From Armatimonadota bacterium (GTDB lineage: Bacteria > Armatimonadota > UBA5829 > DSUL01), in the NCBI GenBank assembly GCA_025998755.1, contig AP024674.1, forward strand, positions 1,936,162-2,000,161: a DNA stretch of 64,000 nucleotides, read 5' to 3'. A model generated the notes under the pieces. That model worked only from the letters and a program-made list of their open reading frames with translations, was not told the DNA's origin and did not search any database. Made by a program: the position numbers and the translations under genes. This document shows, in pieces, positions 50,669 to 61,223 of the stretch; within the stretch, counting starts at the first letter, position 1, and every line of letters begins with the position of its first letter.

Positions 50669-51697
50669 ATGAGCGACGCCATCATCGAGATGACGCCAGC
50701 CGGCCTTTGCTGCCCGGATGGCGATTTTCACATAGATCCCTGGCTTCCAGTGGCGCGCGCGGTGATCACTCACGCGCATGCGGATCACGCGAGGTCTGGA
50801 ATGGGCGCATACCTTTGTTCCCGCCCTTCGGAGCCTCTGCTTCGCGCCAGGCTGGGGCCAGACGTCCGCATCGAGAGCAGGGATTACGGGGAGGTCGTGA
50901 CACTTGGGGCGGTCAGAGTTTCCCTGCATCCCGCCGGTCACGTAGCAGGATCGTCCCAGATCCGCATCGAGCGCCGGGGACAGGTGGCTGTGGCCGCTGG
51001 TGATTACCGCCTTCACCCGGATGCCACCTGTTCGCCGTTCGAGCCCCTCCGCTGTCATCACTTCGTGACGGAGTCCACGTTCGGGTTGCCCGTTTACCGC
51101 TGGCGGCCACCTCGGGAAGTATTCGAGGAGATAAACGCCTGGTGGCGGAGCAACCGCGATGCGGGACGGGTGAGCGTGCTGTTCGCCTACGCCCTGGGGA
51201 AAGCGCAAAGGGTGCTGGCCGGCGTCGACCCCTCTATTGGGCCCATTGTCTGCCACGGAGCGGTGGCCCGGATGAACCGGGCGTGTCTGGAGGCCGGGGT
51301 GCGCCTGCCACCGTTCAAACTGGTGTCTGAGATTCAACGTGACGAGCTCGCGGGAGCATTGGTCTTAGCGCCTCCCTCGGCGGCCGGCAGCCCCTGGATG
51401 CGCCGGTTCGGGGAGGCGTCCACTGCCATGGCTTCGGGATGGATGCAGATCCGCGGGGCGCGGCGCAGGAGAGCGGTGGACCGGGGGTTCGTCCTGAGCG
51501 ACCACGCGGACTGGGACGGACTGAATCAGGCGGTGCGACTGAGCGGGGCGGACAGGGTCTGGGTCACCCACGGACACAGTGAAGCCTTGGCGCGATGGCT
51601 GCGTGAGCTGGGCCTGGATGCCACGGCCATTCAGACCCGGTTCGAAGGCGAAACCGCCGAAGAGGGTCTGCGGGACGAGGGAGAGGAAACGCCTTGA
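50669..51697 (+). CDS. Ligase-associated DNA damage response exonuclease (MBL/beta-CASP)
   Basis: IDPW, THAHADH, PAGHVAGS, TESTFGLP, YALGKAQR, SGWM, LSDHADW, THG; ATG 50669 after GGAGAGG. Confidence 0.93.
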   Translation: MSDAIIEMTPAGLCCPDGDFHIDPWLPVARAVITHAHADHARSGMGAYLCSRPSEPLLRARLGPDVRIESRDYGEVVTLGAVRVSLHPAGHVAGSSQIRIERRGQVAVAAGDYRLHPDATCSPFEPLRCHHFVTESTFGLPVYRWRPPREVFEEINAWWRSNRDAGRVSVLFAYALGKAQRVLAGVDPSIGPIVCHGAVARMNRACLEAGVRLPPFKLVSEIQRDELAGALVLAPPSAAGSPWMRRFGEASTAMASGWMQIRGARRRRAVDRGFVLSDHADWDGLNQAVRLSGADRVWVTHGHSEALARWLRELGLDATAIQTRFEGETAEEGLRDEGEETP

Positions 51698-52806
51698 GCT
51701 ACTTGCTGACAGGTCTGGCGATAGCCGGAGGGCTGGCGGCGCTGACGGCGGGAGCGGAGCTGCTGGTGCGCGGCGCTTCCCGGTTGGCACGCGCCGCCGG
51801 TGTCTCTCCGCTGGTTATCGGCCTGACCGTGGTGGCCGTCGGCACCAGCGCTCCGGAGATCGCGGTCACTGTGGGAGCCGCCGTCACTGGAGAAGCGGAG
51901 ATCGCGCTGGGCAACGTCGTGGGGAGCAACATCTTCAACGTGCTCGCCGTGCTGGGTCTTTCGGCTCTGGCGTCCCCGCTGGTGGTACAGAGGCGGATTG
52001 TGCGAAGCGAGGTCCCCGTCATGGTGCTGCTGAGTTTCGGCGTGGCCGCGCTGTGTCTGGACGGCTCCCTGGGACGCCTGGAAGGAGCTGCACTGGCTGC
52101 CTGCCTGGCAGGTTATCTGTGGTGGATGGTACGGAGGGCTCGGGCGGAAGGAAACGGGCCGGAGGTCGCGCTCGACGGCGCAAAGTCGCCGGGCCTCAAC
52201 ATTGTGCGGGATGTGGTGCTGACGGCCGCTGGGCTGCTTCTGCTCCCCGCCGGCGCGCGCTTGCTGGTGAGCGGCGCATCCGAGATCGCCCGGGCGCTGG
52301 GGGCGACGGAACTGGTCATCGGTCTGACCATTGTGGCTGCAGGGACATCCCTGCCCGAGGCTGCCACGTCCGTGATGGCCACACTCCGGGGCGAGCGGGA
52401 TATCGCTGTGGGCAATGTGGTGGGCAGCAACATTTTCAACCTGCTGGGGGTGCTGGGTCTGGCCGGCCTGGTGTCCCCTTCTCCCGCAAGCGTCCCCGAA
52501 GCCGCACTGCGATTCGACATTCCGGTCATGCTGGCATGCGCGGTGGCATGCCTGCCGGTGGCATACACGGGCTACCGCATAGACCGCTGGGAAGGAGCGC
52601 TTTTCGTCGCGTACTATTTGGCCTATCTGACCTTCCTGGCATTGGACGCCACTGACCATTCCGCCGCCGGACCGTACGCGCGTGTCATGCTGGCGTTCGT
52701 GCTTCCGATTACCGCCGTGACCCTCGGCACCTTGGCCGTCCGAACGTGGACGGCTCGCCGCTTCCGGGCACGGGCGAGGGCCAGCGTAAGAGAGGCGGGG
52801 CGATGA
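51694..52806 (+). CDS. Ca2+/cation antiporter (YrbG/CaCA family)
   Basis: Two alpha repeats: GTSAPE...GNVVGSNIFN and GTSLPE...GNVVGSNIFN. Confidence 0.95.
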   Translation: MSYLLTGLAIAGGLAALTAGAELLVRGASRLARAAGVSPLVIGLTVVAVGTSAPEIAVTVGAAVTGEAEIALGNVVGSNIFNVLAVLGLSALASPLVVQRRIVRSEVPVMVLLSFGVAALCLDGSLGRLEGAALAACLAGYLWWMVRRARAEGNGPEVALDGAKSPGLNIVRDVVLTAAGLLLLPAGARLLVSGASEIARALGATELVIGLTIVAAGTSLPEAATSVMATLRGERDIAVGNVVGSNIFNLLGVLGLAGLVSPSPASVPEAALRFDIPVMLACAVACLPVAYTGYRIDRWEGALFVAYYLAYLTFLALDATDHSAAGPYARVMLAFVLPITAVTLGTLAVRTWTARRFRARARASVREAGR

Positions 52807-54407
52807 GGCGGTTTCAGGAGCTGTTCGCGGCGCTGGACAGCACCAATCGCACCGGCGGGAAGCAGGCGGCGTTGGTCGAGTATTTCCGGGAAGCGCCGCC
52901 GGAGGACGCCGCGTGGGCGGTCTTCTTCCTGACCGGCCGCAAGCTGCGGCAGGCTGTCACATCCACGGAGCTTCGCCGCCTTGCGGCCGAAGAGGCCGGC
53001 ATTCCGGAATGGCTGTTCGAGGAGTGCTATGACGCTGTGGGCGACCTGGCGGAGACCGTGGCGTTGGCGCTGCCGCCGGGTGGAGAAGACAGGCCACTGC
53101 CGCCTCTGCACGTCTGGGTGCGCGAGCGTCTGCTGCCGCTCCGGGAGATGGATGATAACGGGAGACGCGCCGTTCTGATCCAGAGCTGGAAGGAGCTGAG
53201 CCCGCAGGGGCGGTTCGTTTGGAACAAGCTGATCACTGGAGGAATGCGTCTGGGAGTTTCGCGGCAACTGGTTGTGCGAGCGCTCTCGGAAGTGAGCGGC
53301 CTTGCGCCGGGCATCATTGCCCATCGCCTGATGGGGGAATGGGAACCGAGTGCTGAGTTCTTCCGGGAACTGCTGTCTCCGGATACGGCATCTTCAGCCC
53401 TCAGTCAGCCCTACCCTTTCTTTCTGGCGCATCCTCTGGAAGATGCTGCAGACACCCTGGGCGAGCCCGGCGACTGGCAGGCCGAGTGGAAATGGGACGG
53501 CATCCGGGCGCAGATCGTCCGGCGGGACGGGGAGACGTTCATCTGGTCGCGCGGGGAGGAACTAATGACCGACCGTTTTCCGGAATTGGCCGGCGCCGCG
53601 GAGGGCTTGCCGGATGGCACTGTGCTGGACGGGGAGATCCTCCCGTGGAAAGACGGTCACGTGCTGCCGTTCGCCGTTCTGCAGACCCGCATCGGGCGCA
53701 AAAGCCTGACCCGCGCCGTCCTGCAGCACGCTCCGGTGATGTTCATGGCGTTCGATCTGCTTGAGACGGAAGGTCGCGACGTCCGCGAAAATCCTCTGAA
53801 ATGGCGCAGGCGCGCGCTGGAGGAGATCTTGCAGGGGGTGGAGGCAGACCGGATCACCCTGTCCCCGGTGATCTCATTTGCGGACTGGGAGGAGCTCGAG
53901 CAGATCCGCTCCACCAGCAGGGATCGCGGGGTGGAAGGGGTCATGCTGAAGCGGCTGGACTCCGCCTACGGCGTGGGACGCCCCCGGGGCGACTGGTGGA
54001 AGTGGAAGATCGAGCCGCTGAGTGTGGATTGCGTTCTGATGTATGCTCAGCGCGGACACGGAAAGCGCGCGAGTCTCTACACGGACTACACCTTCGGAGT
54101 CTGGGACGGCGACAGGCTGGTGCCGTTCGCGAAAGCTTACTCCGGCTTGACGGACGAAGAGATCCGCGAGGTGGACGCCTTTGTGCGCCGAAACACGGTG
54201 GAGCGCTTCGGGCCGGTACGCTCCGTCCGGCCGGAGCTGGTTTTCGAGCTGGCGTTCGAGGGGATCCAGCGGTCCACTCGCCATCGCTCCGGTGTGGCCG
54301 TGCGTTTTCCGCGGATGGTCCGGTGGCGGCGCGACAAACGTCCCGCGGACGCCGACACCCTGCAGACGGTCCTGGCTCTCCTGGAGCGCACGGAGGCCAG
54401 CCGGTGA
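52803..54407 (+). CDS. ATP-dependent DNA ligase
   Basis: EWKWDGIR, LDGE, FDLLE, EGVMLK, WWKWK, AYSGLTD, VRFPR. Confidence 0.95.
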   Translation: MRRFQELFAALDSTNRTGGKQAALVEYFREAPPEDAAWAVFFLTGRKLRQAVTSTELRRLAAEEAGIPEWLFEECYDAVGDLAETVALALPPGGEDRPLPPLHVWVRERLLPLREMDDNGRRAVLIQSWKELSPQGRFVWNKLITGGMRLGVSRQLVVRALSEVSGLAPGIIAHRLMGEWEPSAEFFRELLSPDTASSALSQPYPFFLAHPLEDAADTLGEPGDWQAEWKWDGIRAQIVRRDGETFIWSRGEELMTDRFPELAGAAEGLPDGTVLDGEILPWKDGHVLPFAVLQTRIGRKSLTRAVLQHAPVMFMAFDLLETEGRDVRENPLKWRRRALEEILQGVEADRITLSPVISFADWEELEQIRSTSRDRGVEGVMLKRLDSAYGVGRPRGDWWKWKIEPLSVDCVLMYAQRGHGKRASLYTDYTFGVWDGDRLVPFAKAYSGLTDEEIREVDAFVRRNTVERFGPVRSVRPELVFELAFEGIQRSTRHRSGVAVRFPRMVRWRRDKRPADADTLQTVLALLERTEASR

Positions 54408-56848
54408 GACCGGGGCGCATCCGGCTGGAAAAATGGTTCCGCGCCAGGGGATGGGAGCCGCTCCCGCATCAGCGGAAGACCTGGGACGCCTATCTTGCCG
54501 GGGAAAGCGGCCTGTTGCACTCGCCCACGGGTTCCGGCAAGACGATGGCTGTCTGGGGTGGGCCGCTCATCGAGGCGGCGGAGAGCCAGGCCGAGGAAGG
54601 CGGAATGCGAGTGCTATGGGTGACCCCTCTGAGGGCGCTGGCCGCCGACCTGGCCCAGGCGCTGCAGGAAGCTGCAGATGGCACGGGATGCGGCTGGCGA
54701 GTGGAGCTTCGCACCGGGGATACGCCGGGCTCCGCGCGGGCCCGCCAGATGCGAAGCGCTCCTCAAGCCCTGGTCACCACGCCGGAGAGCCTTTCGCTGC
54801 TTTTGTCCTATCCTGAGAGCAGGAAGCTGTTTTCCGGGCTTTGGCTTGTGGCTGTGGACGAATGGCATGAGCTGCTGGGCTCCCGGCGCGGCGTGCTGAC
54901 GGAGCTTGCTCTGGCTCGCCTGCGAACCCTGTGCCCTGCTCTTCGAACCTGGGGGATGTCCGCGACCATCGGCAATCTGGATGAGGCTGTGGAGGCCCTC
55001 GGCTGCGGAGAGACGGCCAGGATCATCCGGGGAGATCTCAGGCGCGACGTGGTGGTTGACGCCCTTATCCCCGGTGAGATGGAGCGTTTCCCGTGGGCGG
55101 GGCATCTGGGCGCCAGGCTGCTTCCTCAGGTGCTGGAGGCGGTGGAGGAGGCCGGCAGTTGCCTGATCTTCACCAACACGCGCGCGCAAGCCGAGACCTG
55201 GTTCCGGATGCTGGTGGAGGCGCGCCCGGACTTTGCAGACCGCATAGGGCTACACCACGGGTCGCTGGACCGGGAGGGACGGGAGGAAGTGGAGAGGGGT
55301 CTGAAGGAAGGGCGGCTGAAGTGCGTAGTATGCACCTCCAGTCTGGACCTGGGAGTAGACTTCTCCCCTGTGGAACGGGTGCTACAGATCGGGTCGCCCC
55401 GGGGAGTGGCGAGGCTGCTGCAACGGGCTGGGCGAAGCGGACATGACCCGGCCCGATCCAGCCGCATCACCTGCGTCCCCACCCACGCCTTTGAGCTGGT
55501 GGAGACGGCGGCCGCGCGGGACGCCGTCCGCGAGGGAGCCATCGAGCCCCGCCCGCCTATCCGGCGCCCCCTGGACGTGCTGGCCCAGCACCTGGTGACT
55601 TCGGCTCTCGGTGGAGGTTTCCTCGCAGAGGAGATGTACCGCGAGGTGCGTTCCGCCCGCGCCTATCGCGACCTGCCCCGTGAGGACTGGGAGTGGACGC
55701 TGGACTTCGTCGCCCGGGGAGGAAAAGCCCTGCGCAACTATCCGGAATACCGGCGATTGGAAGAGACGGACGGGTTTTACACCGTGACGGACCGGCGCAT
55801 CGCAAAGATGCACCGGCTGTCGGTCGGGACGATCGTCAGCGACGCCGAGCTGGTGGTCCGTTATGCCGGAGGCGCAAAGCTGGGCAGTGTGGAGGAATCC
55901 TTCCTTTCGCGGATGCGCCCCGGTGACCGCTTCGTCTTCGCCGGGCGGTTGCTGGAGCTGGTGCGGGTGCGGGATGGCGAGGCTCTCGTGCGGCGCACGA
56001 CCGGGAGCGCGACCGCGATCCCCCGCTGGATGGGCGGGCGCATGCCCTTGTCCTCCGAACTGGCCCGCGCTGTCCGCAGAAGGCTGGAGCAGGCGAGGGA
56101 TGGCCTTTACGAGGGTCCGGAGATGGAGGCGGTCCGGCCCGTCCTGGAGCTTCAGAAAAGCATCTCGAAGATACCGGGCTCCAGTGAGTTGCTGATCGAG
56201 CGGCTGCGTTCGCGCGAGGGGCATCACCTGTTTCTGTATCCGTTCGAGGGGCGCCTGGCTCACGAAGGGCTTGCAGCTCTGCTGGCGTACCGGATCTCCC
56301 GACTCCAGTCTGTCACATTCACGCTTGCGGTCAACGACTACGGCATCGAGATGCTTTCCGCCAGAGAGGCTCCGCTGGACCAGGCGCTGAAGGAAGGCTT
56401 GCTGTCGCCGGAGCGTTTGGATGAGGATATCGCCGCCAGCCTGAACTGTGTGGAGATGGCGCGGCGGCAATTCCGGGAGATCGCACGGGTGGCGGGGCTG
56501 GTGTTTCAGGGGTATCCCGGCAGTCCGAAAAAGCTGAAGCAGCTCCAGGCCTCCAGCGGGCTGCTGTACGACGTGTTCGCGCGCTACGACCCGGAAAACC
56601 TGCTGCTGCGGCAGGCGCGGGAGGAGGTGCTGGACCGTCAGCTCGAGCGTGAACGTATGCGGCAGGCGCTGGAGCGAATGGAGCGCTCAACGGTGACGGT
56701 GATGGACCTGGACCGCCCTTCCCCTCTGGGCTTCCCTCTGATGGTGGAACGTCTTCGCGAGAAGCTGTCGTCCGAGAAGCTGGAGGAGCGCATCCGCAGG
56801 ATGCAAGTGCAGTTTTCCGCTCCGCGGCGCAGAAGGAAGGCGGCGTGA
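54404..56848 (+). CDS. Ligase-associated DEXH-box helicase (Lhr-core)
   Basis: PTGSGKT, TPLRAL, TTPESL, DEWHEL, SATIGN, HHGSL, LDLGVD, QRAGRSGH; GTG 54404 overlaps the ligase stop. Confidence 0.95.
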   Translation: MRPGRIRLEKWFRARGWEPLPHQRKTWDAYLAGESGLLHSPTGSGKTMAVWGGPLIEAAESQAEEGGMRVLWVTPLRALAADLAQALQEAADGTGCGWRVELRTGDTPGSARARQMRSAPQALVTTPESLSLLLSYPESRKLFSGLWLVAVDEWHELLGSRRGVLTELALARLRTLCPALRTWGMSATIGNLDEAVEALGCGETARIIRGDLRRDVVVDALIPGEMERFPWAGHLGARLLPQVLEAVEEAGSCLIFTNTRAQAETWFRMLVEARPDFADRIGLHHGSLDREGREEVERGLKEGRLKCVVCTSSLDLGVDFSPVERVLQIGSPRGVARLLQRAGRSGHDPARSSRITCVPTHAFELVETAAARDAVREGAIEPRPPIRRPLDVLAQHLVTSALGGGFLAEEMYREVRSARAYRDLPREDWEWTLDFVARGGKALRNYPEYRRLEETDGFYTVTDRRIAKMHRLSVGTIVSDAELVVRYAGGAKLGSVEESFLSRMRPGDRFVFAGRLLELVRVRDGEALVRRTTGSATAIPRWMGGRMPLSSELARAVRRRLEQARDGLYEGPEMEAVRPVLELQKSISKIPGSSELLIERLRSREGHHLFLYPFEGRLAHEGLAALLAYRISRLQSVTFTLAVNDYGIEMLSAREAPLDQALKEGLLSPERLDEDIAASLNCVEMARRQFREIARVAGLVFQGYPGSPKKLKQLQASSGLLYDVFARYDPENLLLRQAREEVLDRQLERERMRQALERMERSTVTVMDLDRPSPLGFPLMVERLREKLSSEKLEERIRRMQVQFSAPRRRRKAA

Positions 56849-57504
56849 AAGGCGCGTGTTCTCTAAGCGTGCGCGGGCAGGAGCTTGTCCTTTTGCCCGA
56901 CAAGGCACTGTGGTGGCCGCAGCAGGAAGCGCTCGTCATTGCCGATCCCCATCTGGGAAAAGCGGCGGCGCTGCGCGCCGCGCGAATGCCCCTGCCCGGC
57001 GGGAGCACGAGTGAAGACCTGGGCCGCCTGTCCGCGATGCTGGACGCTACAGGGGCCAGAAGGCTTATTGTCCTGGGGGATCTGTTGCACGCACGCGAAG
57101 GGCGCGCCGTCCGCACGCTGGAGGTTGTATCGCGATGGAGAGAGCGGCATTGCGGACTTGAGATGACGCTGGTTCGGGGTAATCATGACTGCCGAGCCGG
57201 TGATCCCCCTGCGGAGTGGAACATTCAGTGTGTGGACGAGCCTTTCAAGCTCGGTCCCTTCCGTTTCTGCCACGCGCCGCACGAGGACGGGGGAGACGGC
57301 TACTGGATTGCCGGACATCTGCATCCGGCCGTTTTGCTGCGTGGGCCTGCACGGCTTAGGGAGAGACTGCCGTGCTTCCTTTTCGGGCCAGCCGGGGCGA
57401 TTCTGCCCTCATTCGGATCGCTTACAGGGGCGGCGCTGGTGCGCCCACGCGAGGGAGATCGCATCTTCGTAACAGCCGATGGAGCAGTGCTGGAGGTGAA
57501 ATGA
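56845..57504 (+). CDS. pdeM: Ligase-associated metallophosphoesterase/endonuclease (MPE)
   Basis: ADPHLGK, LGDLLH, GNHD, CH, GHLHP, LPSFG..TG. Confidence 0.92.
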   Translation: MKGACSLSVRGQELVLLPDKALWWPQQEALVIADPHLGKAAALRAARMPLPGGSTSEDLGRLSAMLDATGARRLIVLGDLLHAREGRAVRTLEVVSRWRERHCGLEMTLVRGNHDCRAGDPPAEWNIQCVDEPFKLGPFRFCHAPHEDGGDGYWIAGHLHPAVLLRGPARLRERLPCFLFGPAGAILPSFGSLTGAALVRPREGDRIFVTADGAVLEVK

Positions 57505-58562
57505 GGTCACGGAGGCCTGGAAGTCGGGTCCGGCCTGGAAGGAAGCGAGTACGGAGCCGGTCCGCTGCCGTATGGGCTTGCTACATCTCCGTTGCTCTGC
57601 TAGCGTTATGCTCCTTCGCATTTGCTGCGCGTCCGTTCGGGCTGGCAGCCGTTACCGTGCTGCCCGTGTGGTTCTGGTGGCTGATCGGTCTGGGATTGGT
57701 GGCCGCCGCCTGGCAGGCGGTAGGCCGGGCTGCTCTGCCGCTATTTGCCCTTTGGATGGTATATCTTGTGGCGTTTGCCGAGGAGCCCCGCAGCCTCGGC
57801 CGGACCCTCCTGCCGGCACCCCGCCCGGAGAAGCTGATCCGCGTGGTGTCTCTGAACTGTGCAGTCGCCAACCACGATGCCGCCGCGGAGGCGCTGCTAA
57901 GCAACCCTGATGTGGTGCTTTATCAGGAGTCGCCCGGCCCTCGCGGGCTGCAGGAGGTTTCGAGACTGCTCTTCGGGAGGAGCATAGTCCGGGTGGGGGA
58001 ATTCGGCAATGCGATCCTGGCCCGGGGCAGCATGGTGGATTCAAAGCAGCCACTCGCGGTGAGGAGCACCCTGACGCGCGCTAGGGTGCGCCTGGAGGCC
58101 GGGCCGGAAGTGGAGCTCGTGTCGCTACGGTTGACTCCTGCGGAGACCCGTTTGGACTACTGGAATCCTGTCTGCTGGCTGGAGCATTCCCGCAACCGCC
58201 GCGCCCGCGACGCCGAGATGGCGGCTGTGGCAGCCTATCTCAGCACCGTGCCCCCGGACGTTCCGGTGATTCTGGGTGGAGACTTCAACGTTCCGCAGGG
58301 CGATGGCATCTTTCGCCGGCTTCGTCCGCGGCTACGGGATGCGTTCCGTGAGGGAGGAAGGGGATGGGGAAACACCTTTCTGAACAGCTTCCCAATACTG
58401 CGCATAGACCAGGTCTGGACCAGCGCCCACTTCCGGGCGATCTCCGTGCGCGCAAAGATGACCGCGCATTCGGACCACCGGATGGTGATATGCGAGCTGG
58501 AAACGGTCAGGGCCGGGGAAGCGGGGCGCGTTGCTCCGCCCGCAGCTCGCGCGCCAGACTGA
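57501..58562 (+). CDS. Membrane-anchored endonuclease/exonuclease/phosphatase (EEP) family protein
   Basis: N-terminal TM helices; VSLN, YQE, GGDFN, RIDQV, SDH; ATGA overlap with pdeM. Confidence 0.87.
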   Translation: MRSRRPGSRVRPGRKRVRSRSAAVWACYISVALLALCSFAFAARPFGLAAVTVLPVWFWWLIGLGLVAAAWQAVGRAALPLFALWMVYLVAFAEEPRSLGRTLLPAPRPEKLIRVVSLNCAVANHDAAAEALLSNPDVVLYQESPGPRGLQEVSRLLFGRSIVRVGEFGNAILARGSMVDSKQPLAVRSTLTRARVRLEAGPEVELVSLRLTPAETRLDYWNPVCWLEHSRNRRARDAEMAAVAAYLSTVPPDVPVILGGDFNVPQGDGIFRRLRPRLRDAFREGGRGWGNTFLNSFPILRIDQVWTSAHFRAISVRAKMTAHSDHRMVICELETVRAGEAGRVAPPAARAPD

Positions 58563-59325
58563 ACAGTTCGCGGAACATCCGCAGGATGACCCGTAGCGAT
58601 GCCCCCGATTGCTTTCCCGCAACCCTGGGATAGTGTGTGACAGGCACTTCCTTGATTCGCGCTCCCCGTTTCCGGAGCCGGATCAGCAACTCGGCACTGA
58701 TGAGAGCCCCTTCACTTTTCAGGGGCAAGTCCCGGACCATTTCCGAGCGAAGCAGTTTGAACGCGCAGTCTATGTCCCGGACCTTTAGCCCGAAGAGAAG
58801 ACGGATCATGCCCCGGTAGAGCGCCGCATTGATCGAGCGGTGCGCCGGGTCCCGCCTTCTGCGGCGGTAGCCGATGACCGCGTCCGCTCCCTTCAGAGCC
58901 TCAGCAACGAGAAGACCCAGCTCCGAGAGGTCAAACTGCCGGTCCGCGTCTGTGAAGAACACCCACTCGCAGCGCGCCTCATGCAGCCCGGTCTTCAATG
59001 CGCCCCCGTATCCCCGGTTGCGAGGGTGAGATACGCAGCGGACTTCACCGTGCCTCCGGGCAAGCCTTTCGGCCTCCCGCCAGGTGCCGTCAGTGCTGCC
59101 ATCGTCCACGACGATGATCTCGAAACGGCGCGCGAAGGCGGGCAGAACCTCCAACGCGCTGCGGACCAGCGGAGCGATGTTCTCTTCTTCATTGTGGGCA
59201 GGGAAAAACACGGAGAGCTCGCTCAGAACAGCCTGGCGGGACGCCGGATCCGCGTCCCGCACCAGCACCGCGTCCATCACGATCCCCTCGTCCTGCCGCT
59301 GCCCGCGAATCAGCCGGAACGCCAT
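58507..59325 (-). CDS. Glycosyltransferase family 2 (DPM1-like)
   Basis: FPAHNEE, VDDGSTD, NRGYG, TDADRQF, DIDCAFK. Confidence 0.92.
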   Translation of the reverse strand: MAFRLIRGQRQDEGIVMDAVLVRDADPASRQAVLSELSVFFPAHNEEENIAPLVRSALEVLPAFARRFEIIVVDDGSTDGTWREAERLARRHGEVRCVSHPRNRGYGGALKTGLHEARCEWVFFTDADRQFDLSELGLLVAEALKGADAVIGYRRRRRDPAHRSINAALYRGMIRLLFGLKVRDIDCAFKLLRSEMVRDLPLKSEGALISAELLIRLRKRGARIKEVPVTHYPRVAGKQSGASLRVILRMFRELFSLARELRAEQRAPLPRP

Positions 59326-59331
59326 TGCTGT

Positions 59332-60093
59332 CTACACCATTCTGACCGGGACGCCGCGCTCGTGCAGATACTCCTTGATCTGCCGGATGGTGAACGTCCG
59401 GAAGTGAACGATGGATGCCACCAGCGCGGCCTCCGCCTTCCCTTCAGTAAGGGCTTCATGGATGTGCCGAAGCGTGCCTGCTCCACCCGATGCGATGACG
59501 GGGATGCTCACAGCCTCCGCCACGGCGCGGGTGAGACCGATGTCATACCCCGCCAGTGTGCCATCGCCGTCCATGCTGGTCAGCAGGATCTCTCCCGCTC
59601 CCAGTTCCTGACCGCGGACGGCCCATTCCACGGCATCCAGGCCGGTAGCTCTGCGGCCTCCGTGAGTGTAGACCTCCCACCCGCCGCCGGGCCGCTTTCG
59701 CGCGTCAATGGCCAGAACCACGCACTGGGATCCGAACATTTCGGCCCCCTCGCTGATCAGTTCCGGGCGCTCCACCGCCGCCGTATTGACGCTGACCTTG
59801 TCCGCGCCGGTCTTTAGGATTTTGCGGAAATCGTCCGTCGAGCGTATCCCTCCCCCCACCGTGAAGGGGATGAAGACCTTCTCCGCCGTGCGGGCGGCGA
59901 CATCCACAATGGTATCCCGACCCTCATGGCTTGCGGTGATGTCCAGGAACGTCAACTCGTCCGCGCCCTCGGCATCGTAGAAGGCAGCCAACTCCACCGG
60001 ATCTCCAGCGTCGCGGATATCCACGAAGTTGACGCCTTTCACCACTCGCCCCTTGTCCACGTCCAGACAGGGGATGATCCTCTTCTGCAGCAT
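59332..60093 (-). CDS. hisF: Imidazole glycerol phosphate synthase cyclase subunit
   Basis: [49 protein letters not shown]. Confidence 0.98.
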   Translation of the reverse strand: MLQKRIIPCLDVDKGRVVKGVNFVDIRDAGDPVELAAFYDAEGADELTFLDITASHEGRDTIVDVAARTAEKVFIPFTVGGGIRSTDDFRKILKTGADKVSVNTAAVERPELISEGAEMFGSQCVVLAIDARKRPGGGWEVYTHGGRRATGLDAVEWAVRGQELGAGEILLTSMDGDGTLAGYDIGLTRAVAEAVSIPVIASGGAGTLRHIHEALTEGKAEAALVASIVHFRTFTIRQIKEYLHERGVPVRMV

Positions 60094-60249
60094 AGTCCTC
60101 TCCGGCTTTCCCCGGCTCCCGCCGGACGCATCATTTTGACGCAAGTTGCCGCAGGACGGCTTCACGGCAGCGCGTCCTGCGGCAACCCGCAAAAAGCGGA
60201 GGTGGTCTCTGGCGCCGGCGGCCCTACTGCTGCTAGAATCGGGCAGCTT

Positions 60250-61176
60250 ATGAGTATTCTCCGGGAAAAGCCTGGCGCGGACCGGGCCGCACGCTCAAGC
60301 ATCGCCCGCCCAGTGCCAATAATCGCTATAGCAACGGTGCTCCTTGTGTGCTCGGGATGCTTCCGGCCGGAAGTGCCGGAAGCCCGCCTACGGGTGGTCT
60401 TCCCGGACCTGGGACAGGCCGAGGCCATCATTCTGCAGACGAAGGATGCAGCCCTCCTGGTAGATTGCGGCGAGACCGACAGCGGACCGGCCATCCTCCG
60501 GGAGCTGCGCCGGCTCGGCATCAACAGACTGGACCTGGTTTTCCTGACCCATCCGCACGCGGATCATATTGGCGGATTTCCGTATCTGGCCGATCGGATG
60601 CGCGTCCGGCTATTGATGGACTCAGGCTTTCTGCAGGAGTCGGCCCTTCAGGCAAAAGTGATGCATACGGCGCGGCAGCAGGGGATCCCCCGGCGTCGTG
60701 CGGTGGCAGGGCAGTTCATCCGGCTGGGAGACAGCCTCTCCTTCTCGGTGCTTTGGCCGGAGCGTCGTCACATGACCGGGACGGAGTCGGATGCGAACAA
60801 CAACTCGGTGGTGCTGATGGTCCGGCACGGCGCGGTGCGCATCCTGCTGACCGGCGACCTGCAACAGGAAGGGGAGTTCGCGCTGATGCGTCGCTGGCCG
60901 GATCTGCGGGCGGACGTGCTGAAAGTGGGCCATCAGGGATCCGACGATGCCGCCGGCGCGCCGCTTCTGTCAAGGGTACAGCCTCGCTGGGCGGTGATCG
61001 TGGCCGGCAGGGACAACAGTTACGGGCATCCCTCGCCCCGGACGGTGCAGCGGTTGCGCTCCGCAGGGGCCACCGTGCTCTGTACCGCTTCGGTGGGCAA
61101 GGTGGAGTTCGAGTCTGACGGCCGGACGATCCGGCCGGTCAGGGAGCGCCTGGCGGTTCCCGCCGCCAGCCGCTGA
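60250..61176 (+). CDS. ComEC-like metallo-beta-lactamase fold lipoprotein with an intact metal site
   Basis: Lipobox-like [49 protein letters not shown]. Confidence 0.85.
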   Translation: MSILREKPGADRAARSSIARPVPIIAIATVLLVCSGCFRPEVPEARLRVVFPDLGQAEAIILQTKDAALLVDCGETDSGPAILRELRRLGINRLDLVFLTHPHADHIGGFPYLADRMRVRLLMDSGFLQESALQAKVMHTARQQGIPRRRAVAGQFIRLGDSLSFSVLWPERRHMTGTESDANNNSVVLMVRHGAVRILLTGDLQQEGEFALMRRWPDLRADVLKVGHQGSDDAAGAPLLSRVQPRWAVIVAGRDNSYGHPSPRTVQRLRSAGATVLCTASVGKVEFESDGRTIRPVRERLAVPAASR

Positions 61177-61223
61177 GGTGGATTCACAGCGGGAAAGGAA
61201 GGGATAAGGAGACAACACGCCCG

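Noticed and set aside
53801..54403. N-terminal extension making the Lhr-core helicase 1015 aa
   Set aside because: Overlaps the ligase in another frame; GTG 54404 gives a standard 4-nt overlap.
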